This document shows, piece after piece, positions 46,224 to 54,214 of a stretch of 64,000 bases of DNA. The notes under the pieces were generated by a model that was not told the origin of the DNA, searched no databases, and worked only from the letters and a program-made list of their open reading frames with translations. Position 1 is the first letter of the stretch. Each line of letters begins with the position of its first letter. Source of the DNA: a virus. The translations under genes were made by a program, and so were the position numbers. The stretch lies in IMG/VR virus record IMGVR_UViG_2931133163_000006, one strand, 5' to 3'.

Positions 46224-46937
46224 CTACGCCTTCTCCCGCTCGGCACGGCAGACATGGTGCGCCACGCCGACCGCCTCGAAGGCGCGGCCGAGGTAGCCGA
46301 TCGGCGCGCCGCAGCGCTGGCAGCAGCTGGCGGGGACACGGCCATTTGGCAGCCGTGCCCGCTCGACGTAGGTGGCCATCAGCGCGTTGACGCGCCGACG
46401 CTGGATCCTGACGCTGCTCTCGACGTCGAAGAGACGCCGCTCGATCGCGCCGCCCTTGAAGAACTGATCAAGGGGCTCGGCACGTGGGTGGTCGGTCCGG
46501 CCCTGGTTCTGCGGGCCACGATAGACGATCGAGGACTCCCCCTCGCACGGGCTGAACTGGGCAACGAAGCCGCCCTGTCGACGCGCGACGAGAGAGATCG
46601 TCGCGAGCTCTTGCAGGTCGCTGACGGTGACGAAGAAGCGATGCGCGCGTTGCTCGCCGTCCACCAGTTCGAGCACGGCGCGGCTCGGCTCCGGCCCGAC
46701 CTTGAGGTCGATCGAGCGGATCAGCCGCGTCGCGCCGTGCGGGATGCCTTCCCCGGACTTTGGGGCCGTTTCGTTGGCGCGCCGCACGTATCCGGCATGG
46801 CGGTCCATCAGCAGTGCGTCGAAGAACGCCTGCGACACAGCCCGATCGGCGAACGTCACCGTGATGGCGGCGCCGTTGGTCGAGAGCCCCGGCAGGTGCT
46901 GGGAGACGAGCTCGGAGGCCGAGAGCTTGCGCATCAT
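46224..46937 (-). CDS. Hypothetical protein with C-terminal Cys cluster
   Basis: CCQRCG...HHVC; start uncertain. Confidence 0.5.
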   Translation of the reverse strand: MMRKLSASELVSQHLPGLSTNGAAITVTFADRAVSQAFFDALLMDRHAGYVRRANETAPKSGEGIPHGATRLIRSIDLKVGPEPSRAVLELVDGEQRAHRFFVTVSDLQELATISLVARRQGGFVAQFSPCEGESSIVYRGPQNQGRTDHPRAEPLDQFFKGGAIERRLFDVESSVRIQRRRVNALMATYVERARLPNGRVPASCCQRCGAPIGYLGRAFEAVGVAHHVCRAEREKA

Positions 46938-47039
46938 GCCGCGCTCCCGGTCGACGAGATCGGCCAAGCGCGGGTGAGGCCATGAGCGCGAAGCTCGACA
47001 GCCTCACCCGGCCGGCTACCATGGAGGTGTCTAGTCACC

Positions 47040-47285
47040 ATGGAGCTGAGAATGAGCGACGACTTTGCCCCGATCGGATCGCCGGCGCGATTGACTGCCG
47101 AGGACATGGTCAGGCGGGCGATCCTCGACGTGCTGGACGACATCCTTCCCGGCGCCCGCACCAAAGTCTTCGAGCGCGCGCACGCACGCCTGTCCGATGC
47201 CGAGAAGGCCATCTCCAAGGGCGGCGACTTCTTTCGGGAAGCGCATGCCGCCATCGATGCGATCGTCCAGGCGCCCAAGGCCTAG
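47040..47285 (+). CDS. Small hypothetical protein antisense to the early operon
   Basis: Fills the intergenic gap and converges on the neighbouring gene. Confidence 0.45.
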   Translation: MELRMSDDFAPIGSPARLTAEDMVRRAILDVLDDILPGARTKVFERAHARLSDAEKAISKGGDFFREAHAAIDAIVQAPKA

Positions 47286-47530
47286 CCCTCCACCTGGCGG
47301 AGGACGGCGTTGGCCGTCTCCTGCGCGGGGGCGGCGCCTGCCGGCGTCACCTCCAGCGCGGACAGCCGATCAACGACGACGGCGAACACCGCGTCCCGAT
47401 CATGGCCCGAGGCGCACAGGTACGCCTCCAGGAGGAGCGCCCGGCGAATGGCCGGGTCGGGGCGCCTCATGGCCTCTGCGACGACCGTCGCCGCGTAACT
47501 CTCCTCGCCGTCGAGCATGGCCCAGGGCAT
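47282..47530 (-). CDS. Hypothetical protein coupled to cro
   Basis: TGATG overlap with the cro stop. Confidence 0.45.
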   Translation of the reverse strand: MPWAMLDGEESYAATVVAEAMRRPDPAIRRALLLEAYLCASGHDRDAVFAVVVDRLSALEVTPAGAAPAQETANAVLRQVEG

Positions 47531-47790
47531 CAGGCGGCAGCTCCCTCGGTTGGGATCGTCTTGGGTGGGCGCGGGACGGACTGCGGCCACGTCGCCTTGT
47601 CTTCGGGCCAGTGGTCCGAGAACCACTGCATCGCCAGCTCGAGCCGCCGCGTGGTGAGATCGCGGCCCTCGGCAAGCCGCGTGAGGACCTTTCCGTCGCC
47701 GAAAACCAGCGTCGAGGTCCGCGCGGCACTCAGGCCGCGCGCCTCGCAAAATCGGCCAGAGACCGCCAGCAGGGCATCAAGAAGCGTCAT
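47530..47790 (-). CDS. cro: Cro-like repressor
   Basis: Divergent from cI; L...C.A.GLS....S..VF.DGK.L.RL..G.D.T..R.E.A..W.S..WP. Confidence 0.75.
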   Translation of the reverse strand: MTLLDALLAVSGRFCEARGLSAARTSTLVFGDGKVLTRLAEGRDLTTRRLELAMQWFSDHWPEDKATWPQSVPRPPKTIPTEGAAA

Positions 47791-47804
47791 CGAGTCGAAC
47801 GATG

Positions 47805-47876
47805 CTGTATGTTTACCGCGCGAGTCAACGGTAAACATACAGCTCGGGGCCAGCGTTCCGTGCGGTTAAAATACCG
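47805..47876. promoter_or_regulatory. Three 14-bp operators and divergent promoters between cro and cI
   Basis: CTGTATGTTTACCG (47805), CGGTAAACATACAG (47829), CGGTTAAAATACCG (47863); minus-strand TTGACT at 47823-47828. Confidence 0.8.
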
Positions 47877-47877
47877 C

Positions 47878-48648
47878 GTGACCCAGGCAGGCCTTCCTCA
47901 GCGCGTGCAGCAGCGCCTCGACGCCCTCGGAATGAGCGCTCGCCAAGCGTCTCTCGACGCGAAGCTCAGCAGCGCGTTCGCGACGAACATCCTCAACGGG
48001 AAATCCAAGTCGCCTCGCTCGGAGAACCTCCACAAGCTTGCCGGCGTCCTGGGGACAACGGTCAACTGGCTGGTCAACGCGGAAGGCCCTGAGACGCCAC
48101 AGACGAACGGACATGCGCGGATCGACAATGATCTCGCGCGGGCGATGGAGGAAACGGCACAGCGCGCCGGAGATCTGATGCCGGTCCTGGGGGAGGTCGC
48201 GGCCGGCCGATGGCTGGAGGTAGAACAGGACATAGACGAGTCGCGCTTCGAGCCAGCCCCGATTACGCCGGATCCGCGGTGGCGCCGAGAAGCGCAGTAC
48301 GGTCTCGTGGTGCGTGGAACCTCGCTCAACCTCTACGCCGCTGACGGTGACACGCTTCACTGCCTCGACATCCGCCAGAGCGGCCGCCTTCCCGTGAACG
48401 GCGATCTCGTGATCGTCGAGAAGGTCCGGGACGGTGGCCAACTCCGCGAGCGAACGGCCAAGGCCTACCACGAGGGCGAGAACCAGTTCGTTGAGCTGCG
48501 CGCCTACAGCGATGACCCTCGCTGGGATGAGCCGATCCACGTTCCACATCGGGTCTTCAGCCACGTCATCGAGAAGGGCCTGAGCGTCGAAATCGTCGCG
48601 ATCGTGCTGGGCGCATACAGACCGATGCCCAAAATCCTGCGACGGTAG
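47878..48648 (+). CDS. cI: CI-like repressor (XRE HTH plus S24 peptidase)
   Basis: N-terminal HTH; VAAG cleavage site, VRGTSL catalytic Ser, TAK catalytic Lys; GTG start with no evident SD. Confidence 0.92.
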   Translation: MTQAGLPQRVQQRLDALGMSARQASLDAKLSSAFATNILNGKSKSPRSENLHKLAGVLGTTVNWLVNAEGPETPQTNGHARIDNDLARAMEETAQRAGDLMPVLGEVAAGRWLEVEQDIDESRFEPAPITPDPRWRREAQYGLVVRGTSLNLYAADGDTLHCLDIRQSGRLPVNGDLVIVEKVRDGGQLRERTAKAYHEGENQFVELRAYSDDPRWDEPIHVPHRVFSHVIEKGLSVEIVAIVLGAYRPMPKILRR

Positions 48649-48664
48649 CAGTCATCCGAGGTAT

Positions 48665-49000
48665 ATGATGATGCAGCGTTTATCGAGCATTGTTGCGCTG
48701 ACAATAGTCACGAGTTTTTGCGGCTCCATCACCGCACGCGCAGCTACGGAAGAGCAAAAACAGGCTGCAATCGAAAATCTTGCTATGATATCTATGGCCA
48801 AGAAGTGGTGCACTGACTACCAGATTGACCAAGAGAGCACCGTCGCTGCTGCGTTGTCAGTGGTCGATCTCACGCAAGAGCCCTATACGAGCAAATTCAA
48901 AGAACAGCGTGCCACGGCGGAGAAGATGGTCGGCCAATACGGCACGACAACGTTCTGCCTTGCCGCGTTCAAGACCTACGGTCCAGAGCGCGGCATATGA
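48665..49000 (+). CDS. Exported two-Cys protein co-oriented with cI
   Basis: Signal peptide; visibly lower GC; motif shared with 12571-12981. Confidence 0.65.
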   Translation: MMMQRLSSIVALTIVTSFCGSITARAATEEQKQAAIENLAMISMAKKWCTDYQIDQESTVAAALSVVDLTQEPYTSKFKEQRATAEKMVGQYGTTTFCLAAFKTYGPERGI

Positions 49001-49021
49001 ACCTGATGATGAAGAAATAAC

Positions 49022-49288
49022 TCAGAACGGCAGCTGATCCGATATTCCGGACGGCACTCGTCCAAAGATGGCGAGTGTCGTCGGCTCCGCACCGTCATCA
49101 TAGTCTGGGTCTAAGATGGTGCGCGTAAATGCCGCCGCGCCAACAGCGCGGCCGTTGCGCACCTTCTCTTCTGCGATCTTGCAAGCGTCAGCCGCATCTT
49201 TTGCTCCAAGGCAGCGGCCCTGGGCGAGTTTGCCTTTCTCGGCAACGAACAACTGAACACCGTGGGCAACGATTGGCTTCAGGGACAT
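49022..49288 (-). CDS. Hypothetical protein in the immunity region
   Basis: Lower GC; GA.AF....D.DY......LA.FG.VP. Confidence 0.6.
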   Translation of the reverse strand: MSLKPIVAHGVQLFVAEKGKLAQGRCLGAKDAADACKIAEEKVRNGRAVGAAAFTRTILDPDYDDGAEPTTLAIFGRVPSGISDQLPF

Positions 49289-49389
49289 AAGCGCTCCTCA
49301 GCTCTGCGTTGACCCAATCGAACGCCGCGGAAGCGAACAAAGCAAGAACGGAAATTTCCGACCCTGTGGACGAGTGTGGATATCGGCCG

Positions 49390-49440
49390 AGGTATTTTTA
49401 CAGCGAAAACGGTTGACGCGGTAGATTTACAGCATACCAT
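49390..49440 (+). promoter_or_regulatory. Early promoter with two operators
   Basis: AGGTATTTTTACAG (49390), TTGACG (49413), CGGTAGATTTACAG (49419), TACCAT (49435-49440). Confidence 0.75.
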
Positions 49441-49460
49441 AGCTGCCATCGCCCATCGCG

Positions 49461-49889
49461 ATGGAGTCGCCCGTGGCCGCCCGCCGCCGTACCAACTTCC
49501 CGACAGACGTCCGCAAGGCCGCCCTCGCGCGCGCCGACGGCCAGTGCGAGGGCGCGCTTCCGACCGGGATCCGCTGCGAGGCGGTCCTTCAGGCCAGCCA
49601 GTACGTCTTCGACCACGTCGTCACGGACTTTCACGGCGGCCGGGCTACGCTCGATAACTGCCAGGTCCTCTGCAAGGACTGTGATCGCGCCAAGACGGCG
49701 GCCGATCAGACCGCGATCGCCGACACCCGCCGCGCCTACGACGCGCACCATCGCCTGCGAGCGCCCCGCAAGCCGATGGCTGGCAGCCGCTACGACCGGG
49801 TGAGCAAGGGCCTCGACGGCCTCACCCGCGACCGGGAGACCGGCGCCGTCCGCTCCCGCCTCAGCTCGATCGACGTGAGGGACCTGTGA
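49461..49889 (+). CDS. HNH endonuclease
   Basis: CE...C...FDHVV....GG..T..NCQVLCK.C...KT. Confidence 0.85.
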   Translation: MESPVAARRRTNFPTDVRKAALARADGQCEGALPTGIRCEAVLQASQYVFDHVVTDFHGGRATLDNCQVLCKDCDRAKTAADQTAIADTRRAYDAHHRLRAPRKPMAGSRYDRVSKGLDGLTRDRETGAVRSRLSSIDVRDL

Positions 49890-50230
49890 TGGCGGCCGAG
49901 CACTCTTGCACGCCCTGGCATCAGGACAGCGCACGCCCCGAGATGGTGTTCGATGCTGACGGCCGCCTCGTGGTCGATTGCGATCATCACGGCCTGTTTT
50001 CGCGCGAACGGGCCCAGGCCCACGGGGCCCTGGTCGCCGCGGCGCCTGATCTGCTGACGCAGCTCCGCGGCGCGGTCGCCATGATGCGCCTCGCCATCAG
50101 CAGCCTCGATATCGACCCGGACCTCACCGAGATCGAGTTCCGGGCGAACGGCGAGCACATCGCGCGGGTCTCGATGGCGACGCTCCTGGCGAACGGACAG
50201 GCCGCCATCGCGAAGGCGGAAGCCCGCTGA
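49886..50230 (+). CDS. Hypothetical protein
   Basis: TPW...A..L.AAAPDLL..L...A..AIAKA, a common phage motif. Confidence 0.55.
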   Translation: MMAAEHSCTPWHQDSARPEMVFDADGRLVVDCDHHGLFSRERAQAHGALVAAAPDLLTQLRGAVAMMRLAISSLDIDPDLTEIEFRANGEHIARVSMATLLANGQAAIAKAEAR

Positions 50231-50231
50231 C

Positions 50232-50507
50232 ATGGCCGCCCGCGCCCGCCGCCAGCCTGCGCCCGAGCCCGCCCCCGCCGCCGTCCCGGTGCAGCCGGAC
50301 TTCGGTACGTACCGGCTGGAGCAGCTCGGCTCCTGCCAATGCCGCTTCCCGTGCTCCTCGCGTGGGACGGATCACCGCTTCTGCGGGAAGCCGGCCGTCC
50401 AGCATCACCCGAACCGGCCGGCCGTCTGGTGCGCCGACCATCGGCAGGTTGTGTTCGAGGCTTGGCGCCCGGGTGGCCAGGTCCTGCGCCGCGCGGGGAG
50501 GGCCTGA
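50232..50507 (+). CDS. gcrA: GcrA-like C-terminal domain protein
   Basis: LEQL...QCRFPC......HRFCG.......WC..H..V.F matches the GcrA CTD pattern L..L....CRWP......FCG......YC..H...AY. Confidence 0.7.
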   Translation: MAARARRQPAPEPAPAAVPVQPDFGTYRLEQLGSCQCRFPCSSRGTDHRFCGKPAVQHHPNRPAVWCADHRQVVFEAWRPGGQVLRRAGRA

Positions 50508-50508
50508 C

Positions 50509-50991
50509 ATGGCTCGCCTGCGCCCCACCCTCACGCCCGGCCCGAGCCCGACGCTCCGTCAGGCCCGCGTGGCCGCCTTCAACGCCGCCTACCCGGTCGG
50601 CGCGCCGATCCTGGTGTGGATCGGCCAGTACCGGGACGGCCAGCCGGTGGCGACCGAAGTCGAGGCGCCCGCGCGCTGCGCCGGCAAGACCGGCCCGATG
50701 GTGCTGGTCCGCAACCATGGGTGGATCGCCCTGACCCACGTCTTCCACCGCGCCGATCCGGCCGAGCAGCGCGAGCTGTTCCTCGACGCCCGGCGGATCG
50801 ACGTCGAGAGCGCCGAGCTGCGGGTCGCGCCGGCGATCGCCGAAGGCCTGCGGCTGGCCGCGGCCGCGCGCGGGATCCGCGCCGGCGAGCTCGCCCGCCG
50901 CATCGTTGAGACCGTCGCCCGGGACGGCCTGATCGACGCCGTCCTGGAGGACGGAGCCCGGGCTCATCGTCGCTACGGGGAGGCCGCCTGA
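50509..50991 (+). CDS. Hypothetical protein, possible C-terminal ribbon-helix-helix
   Basis: FN..YPVG..; L...AAARGI...ELARRI..TVA.DGLIDAVL.D. Confidence 0.55.
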   Translation: MARLRPTLTPGPSPTLRQARVAAFNAAYPVGAPILVWIGQYRDGQPVATEVEAPARCAGKTGPMVLVRNHGWIALTHVFHRADPAEQRELFLDARRIDVESAELRVAPAIAEGLRLAAAARGIRAGELARRIVETVARDGLIDAVLEDGARAHRRYGEAA

Positions 50992-50992
50992 C

Positions 50993-51274
50993 ATGGCCCA
51001 CGCCAAGGATCATCCGCTCGCCGGCCGCCGCGTGGTGCTCGACGAGCAAACCGGGGAGACGGTCTACGTCGTCGACTGGCTCGACCGCCTGCCGGGAAAC
51101 GGCACGCTGCTGCGCCCGACCCATCCGGTCGCCCGGGCCTTCCGGCACCGGCTCGCCGCGCTCGACCTCCACGAGTCCGGCACCGTCCTCGCCCGCACTG
51201 CCGCCGGCCTCACGCTCGTCCACCACGCCGAGCTGCCCGCCTACGACCCCGTGCCCGTGGGAGTGATCTCGTGA
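50993..51274 (+). CDS. Hypothetical protein
   Basis: Coupled ORF. Confidence 0.5.
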   Translation: MAHAKDHPLAGRRVVLDEQTGETVYVVDWLDRLPGNGTLLRPTHPVARAFRHRLAALDLHESGTVLARTAAGLTLVHHAELPAYDPVPVGVIS

Positions 51275-51588
51275 GCGACGCTCTCGAACAGCTGCGCGCT
51301 TCGCGCTCGTTGCTGGCCGATCCGGCGGCCTGGACGCGGGAGACGTACGCCCGTGATCGGTATGGCGATCCGGTGCACTCGGCGTTCGATGAAGCCGCGT
51401 GCTGGTGCGCGTACGGCGCCCTCGAACGCCAAGGCGCGAGCGGAAGCAGCGAGGCCTCCGAGTACCTGCGGAGCGCAGCCCTCGTTCTCTTCGACAGCTG
51501 GCCCGCCTGCGTGAACGATGATCGCGGCCACGAAGCCGTCCTGCACATGTTCGACCGCGCCATCGAGCTGGCGGAGTCGCAGTCATGA
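51271..51588 (+). CDS. Hypothetical phage protein
   Basis: WT....ARD........A.CWC..GA...ND..GH..V..MF..AI. Confidence 0.6.
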   Translation: MSDALEQLRASRSLLADPAAWTRETYARDRYGDPVHSAFDEAACWCAYGALERQGASGSSEASEYLRSAALVLFDSWPACVNDDRGHEAVLHMFDRAIELAESQS

Positions 51589-52034
51589 CCCGCCGGATCG
51601 ACCTCATCCCCGACCGGCGCGAGCGCGCCGCCCTGGAAGCTCTCTGGCGCGCCCAGGGCTGGCCGCAGGCGCGGATCGACGGGCTCGGCGATCGCCTGCG
51701 GGACGACGAGACCCTGGACGGCGCGCTCTTCGAGGTCAGGGCGGTCCTGGCCGCGCTCGATGCCCTGCCGGTGCCGCCCCGCAAGGCGGGCCCGCTCAAT
51801 CCCGCCGACGTGTCCGCCCTCGCGCTCGATGTTGGGGCGCGGGTGATGATCGTCCTCGCCTCCGGGCCCGACGCGCTCGACCGCGCAATCGTCTGGGCCC
51901 GAGGCGCGCCCACCGAGGCGCTCGATCCCAGAGAGGCCGCCGCGCTCCTCAAGCTCGTCGCCCGGTCGCTGACCGCGATGGAGGACGCCGCCTCCCATCC
52001 GCTTCCCGCCCCCGCCTCGACCCCGGAGACCTAG
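51585..52034 (+). CDS. Hypothetical protein
   Basis: Coupled ORF. Confidence 0.5.
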   Translation: MTRRIDLIPDRRERAALEALWRAQGWPQARIDGLGDRLRDDETLDGALFEVRAVLAALDALPVPPRKAGPLNPADVSALALDVGARVMIVLASGPDALDRAIVWARGAPTEALDPREAAALLKLVARSLTAMEDAASHPLPAPASTPET

Positions 52035-52036
52035 TC

Positions 52037-52327
52037 GTGATCCAGCGTACCCTCATCCCGACCACGATCCCGATGGCGCGCCGGCTCGCCCGCCTCGACC
52101 CCGTCACCCGCATCAGCCCGGCGCTGGCGGCCGCGGCGCTCAAGGCCGAGTTCTTGGCCGAGGACGTCGAGGCGCACCTCGCCGAGGCGATGGCCCTCGT
52201 CCCGACCTACGTCGAGCTGGCGGCCTCGGACCGGCCCTGGATCCAGGCGCTCGGTCACGCGCGTGACGTGGTGGCGATCGCTGTGCTCGCCGGCTTCGGC
52301 GCCTACGCCTGGGCGATCCTGTCGTGA
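52037..52327 (+). CDS. Hypothetical protein with C-terminal TM
   Basis: VVAIAVLAGFGAYAWAIL. Confidence 0.45.
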   Translation: MIQRTLIPTTIPMARRLARLDPVTRISPALAAAALKAEFLAEDVEAHLAEAMALVPTYVELAASDRPWIQALGHARDVVAIAVLAGFGAYAWAILS

Positions 52328-52725
52328 GCGGTCCGCGCGAAGCCCGGCCTGGCGCCTTCCATGGCGAGCTCGTCGACGTGAGCTGGGACTGGAAGCGTCG
52401 GCACTTCGTGGGCCACGTCTCCCTGCCGCTGCAGCTGCTCGACCCGTTCCTAAAGGAAGTGGGCACGCCCCCGCATCCCGACGATCGGGGCGCGCCAGGC
52501 CAGCGGATCCCGGTCGCGCTGCTCGCCTGCTACGGGCCGACCGAGGGCATCCAGGACGAGGAGGTAATCGCCGCGGCCGCGCTCGACGCGCTGATCCGGC
52601 TCGCCGAGCAGGGGCGCCTTCGCAACAACGGCCAGCTCGCCCTCAGCGGCCGCATGCAGCGGTTCGACGATGCCCGGGCCCGGGCTGCCGGCGTCAGCGC
52701 CCCTGACCGCGGGGAGCCGCGGTGA
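52324..52725 (+). CDS. Hypothetical protein
   Basis: GTGA overlap. Confidence 0.5.
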   Translation: MSGPREARPGAFHGELVDVSWDWKRRHFVGHVSLPLQLLDPFLKEVGTPPHPDDRGAPGQRIPVALLACYGPTEGIQDEEVIAAAALDALIRLAEQGRLRNNGQLALSGRMQRFDDARARAAGVSAPDRGEPR

Positions 52726-52955
52726 TGGCCTACGACCTCATCAAGCAGACCCATCCGCACGCGCCGACCGCGATCGGCGCCCGCGTGGTCGAGCGGCTGT
52801 CCGGCCGCCTCGGCACGGTGGCCCATCCCCGCGCCGGGCTGAAGGGCATCGCCGTCCACTTCGACGGCCGCTTCGGCGTCGCCGACTGCCCGCCGGATCG
52901 GCTCGATTACGCCGCTCCGGCTCCCTCTCCCTCGCCGCTGTGGTGTGCCCGATGA
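52722..52955 (+). CDS. Hypothetical SH3-like small protein
   Basis: IGARV.E...GR.G.V......I.V.FDG. Confidence 0.5.
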   Translation: MMAYDLIKQTHPHAPTAIGARVVERLSGRLGTVAHPRAGLKGIAVHFDGRFGVADCPPDRLDYAAPAPSPSPLWCAR

Positions 52956-53215
52956 ACGCCGCCCCATCCGCCTCCGCAATCCTCCTCGCCCAGATCGCCG
53001 CGACGCTCCGCGTTCCCGTCGAGCACTTTAGCGCGCCCCGGCGCGAGCCCACCGAGGCTGAGCGCAGCCCATCCGTCCAGGTCGCTGCGCTGCTCCTGGA
53101 TCCGGAAGGCGCGCGTCTGGCGGCCGCGTTCGTCGCGCTCCCGCGGCATTCCCGGACAGCCCTGGCCAACACGGCCGAGGTCCTCGCGTCCATGTCGTCG
53201 AAGGACGCGGCGTGA
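52952..53215 (+). CDS. Truncated XRE-like protein (C-terminal half only)
   Basis: L.QIAA.L.VPV..F...EG.RL..AF..L....R.AL...A..L. Confidence 0.5.
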   Translation: MNAAPSASAILLAQIAATLRVPVEHFSAPRREPTEAERSPSVQVAALLLDPEGARLAAAFVALPRHSRTALANTAEVLASMSSKDAA

Positions 53216-53538
53216 TGGGTTGGCCATCGCGCGAGCAGCTGCGCCATCCCGCGACCGGCGAGAGCTACGCTGCTCTGCGGGACCGAGCCCGGGCCATGCG
53301 CTCGGCCGGCGCCACCGAGGCGGCGATCATGGCCGCGCTCGCCGTGAGCAAACCGACCGTCTGGAAGTGGGTCCGCGATCTGCCCGATCACGCGGAGGTG
53401 GCCCAGGCGAACATTCGCGCGGCCGCCCACCGCCGGCGCCTCTACCCGCGCGGCACAGGTGCCCTGGCGCTTAAGCTCCGGCTCGCCGGGGTCCCGCAGT
53501 CGACGCGCATCCGCCTCGCACAGGAGGCCGCGCGATGA
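53212..53538 (+). CDS. HTH DNA-binding protein
   Basis: A..MR..G.T...I...L.VSK.TV.KW. Confidence 0.6.
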   Translation: MMGWPSREQLRHPATGESYAALRDRARAMRSAGATEAAIMAALAVSKPTVWKWVRDLPDHAEVAQANIRAAAHRRRLYPRGTGALALKLRLAGVPQSTRIRLAQEAAR

Positions 53539-54041
53539 AGCCCGGCCTGCAGCTCGTGGCTTCGGCTGCCCGCACCGGCTCATGGCGGATCGCTGCCGAC
53601 GAGTCGGTGATCGAGCTCGTGGTCGAGGGCGCCGTCGTCTGCACGATCGCCCCTTGGACCGACAACAAGACGGGCGAGCTCGCCTGGTGGGGCGCGACGG
53701 CCGGTGATCGGCAGATCGGCCTCGATGTACGGCTGGCCGAGGTCTGCCGGATCGCGGCACTCGACGCCGGCGTATCCGCGCCCGTTCCGCCCGAGCTGCT
53801 CGCCAGCCTCAGAGAGAGCGCGGATCCTGCTGACGCGACCCCGCGCGTCGTCGCCAGCGCGGTCGCCCCGCTCCTCGAGCGCTTCGCCGACCTCCTGGCC
53901 GCGATCCTCGATGAGCCGCTGCACACGCTGTCCGGCCCCGGGCCCGATGGCGGCCATGATCCACTCCAGCTGCGCCTCGCGCACTTCCGCCCGGACCTGT
54001 CCGAGCGCGCGGCCGTGCTCCTGGAGGAAGCCGGACGATGA
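53535..54041 (+). CDS. Hypothetical protein
   Basis: Coupled ORF. Confidence 0.5.
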   Translation: MKPGLQLVASAARTGSWRIAADESVIELVVEGAVVCTIAPWTDNKTGELAWWGATAGDRQIGLDVRLAEVCRIAALDAGVSAPVPPELLASLRESADPADATPRVVASAVAPLLERFADLLAAILDEPLHTLSGPGPDGGHDPLQLRLAHFRPDLSERAAVLLEEAGR

Positions 54042-54214
54042 AGCCCGTCGCCGCTCCGCTCGCGATCGCGTCCGCGATCCTGATCCTGCTGATCGTCCTG
54101 GCGATGCTGCTGATCCCGGTCCTGGACGCCGAGCTGCGGCGAGCGACGGCGCGGAAGGCTGCGGCCCTGACCAAGCTCGCAAGCCAAGCGGAACAGAAGG
54201 ATCCCACCGCGTGA
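54038..54214 (+). CDS. Small membrane protein (58 aa, missing from the ORF track)
   Basis: MKPVAAPLAIASAILILLIVLAMLLIPVL...; overlaps at both ends. Confidence 0.55.
   Translation: MKPVAAPLAIASAILILLIVLAMLLIPVLDAELRRATARKAAALTKLASQAEQKDPTA

Noticed and set aside
47805-47842. CTGTA...TACAG as a LexA SOS box
   Set aside because: 14-bp spacing does not fit CTGT-N8-ACAG, alphaproteobacterial LexA uses GTTC-N7-GTTC, and the sites sit where phage operators are expected
29229-47870. CtrA boxes (TTAA-N7-TTAA) at phage promoters
   Set aside because: Only isolated TTAA half-sites were noticed (29229, 31748, 47866); no full box found by eye, and a proper scan is needed
47197-47877. N-terminal extension of the cI ORF in the ORF track (also 6704-7954, 10254-11864, 18176-19222, 23840-24631)
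   Set aside because: The extensions overlap other real genes or operators; internal starts were used instead
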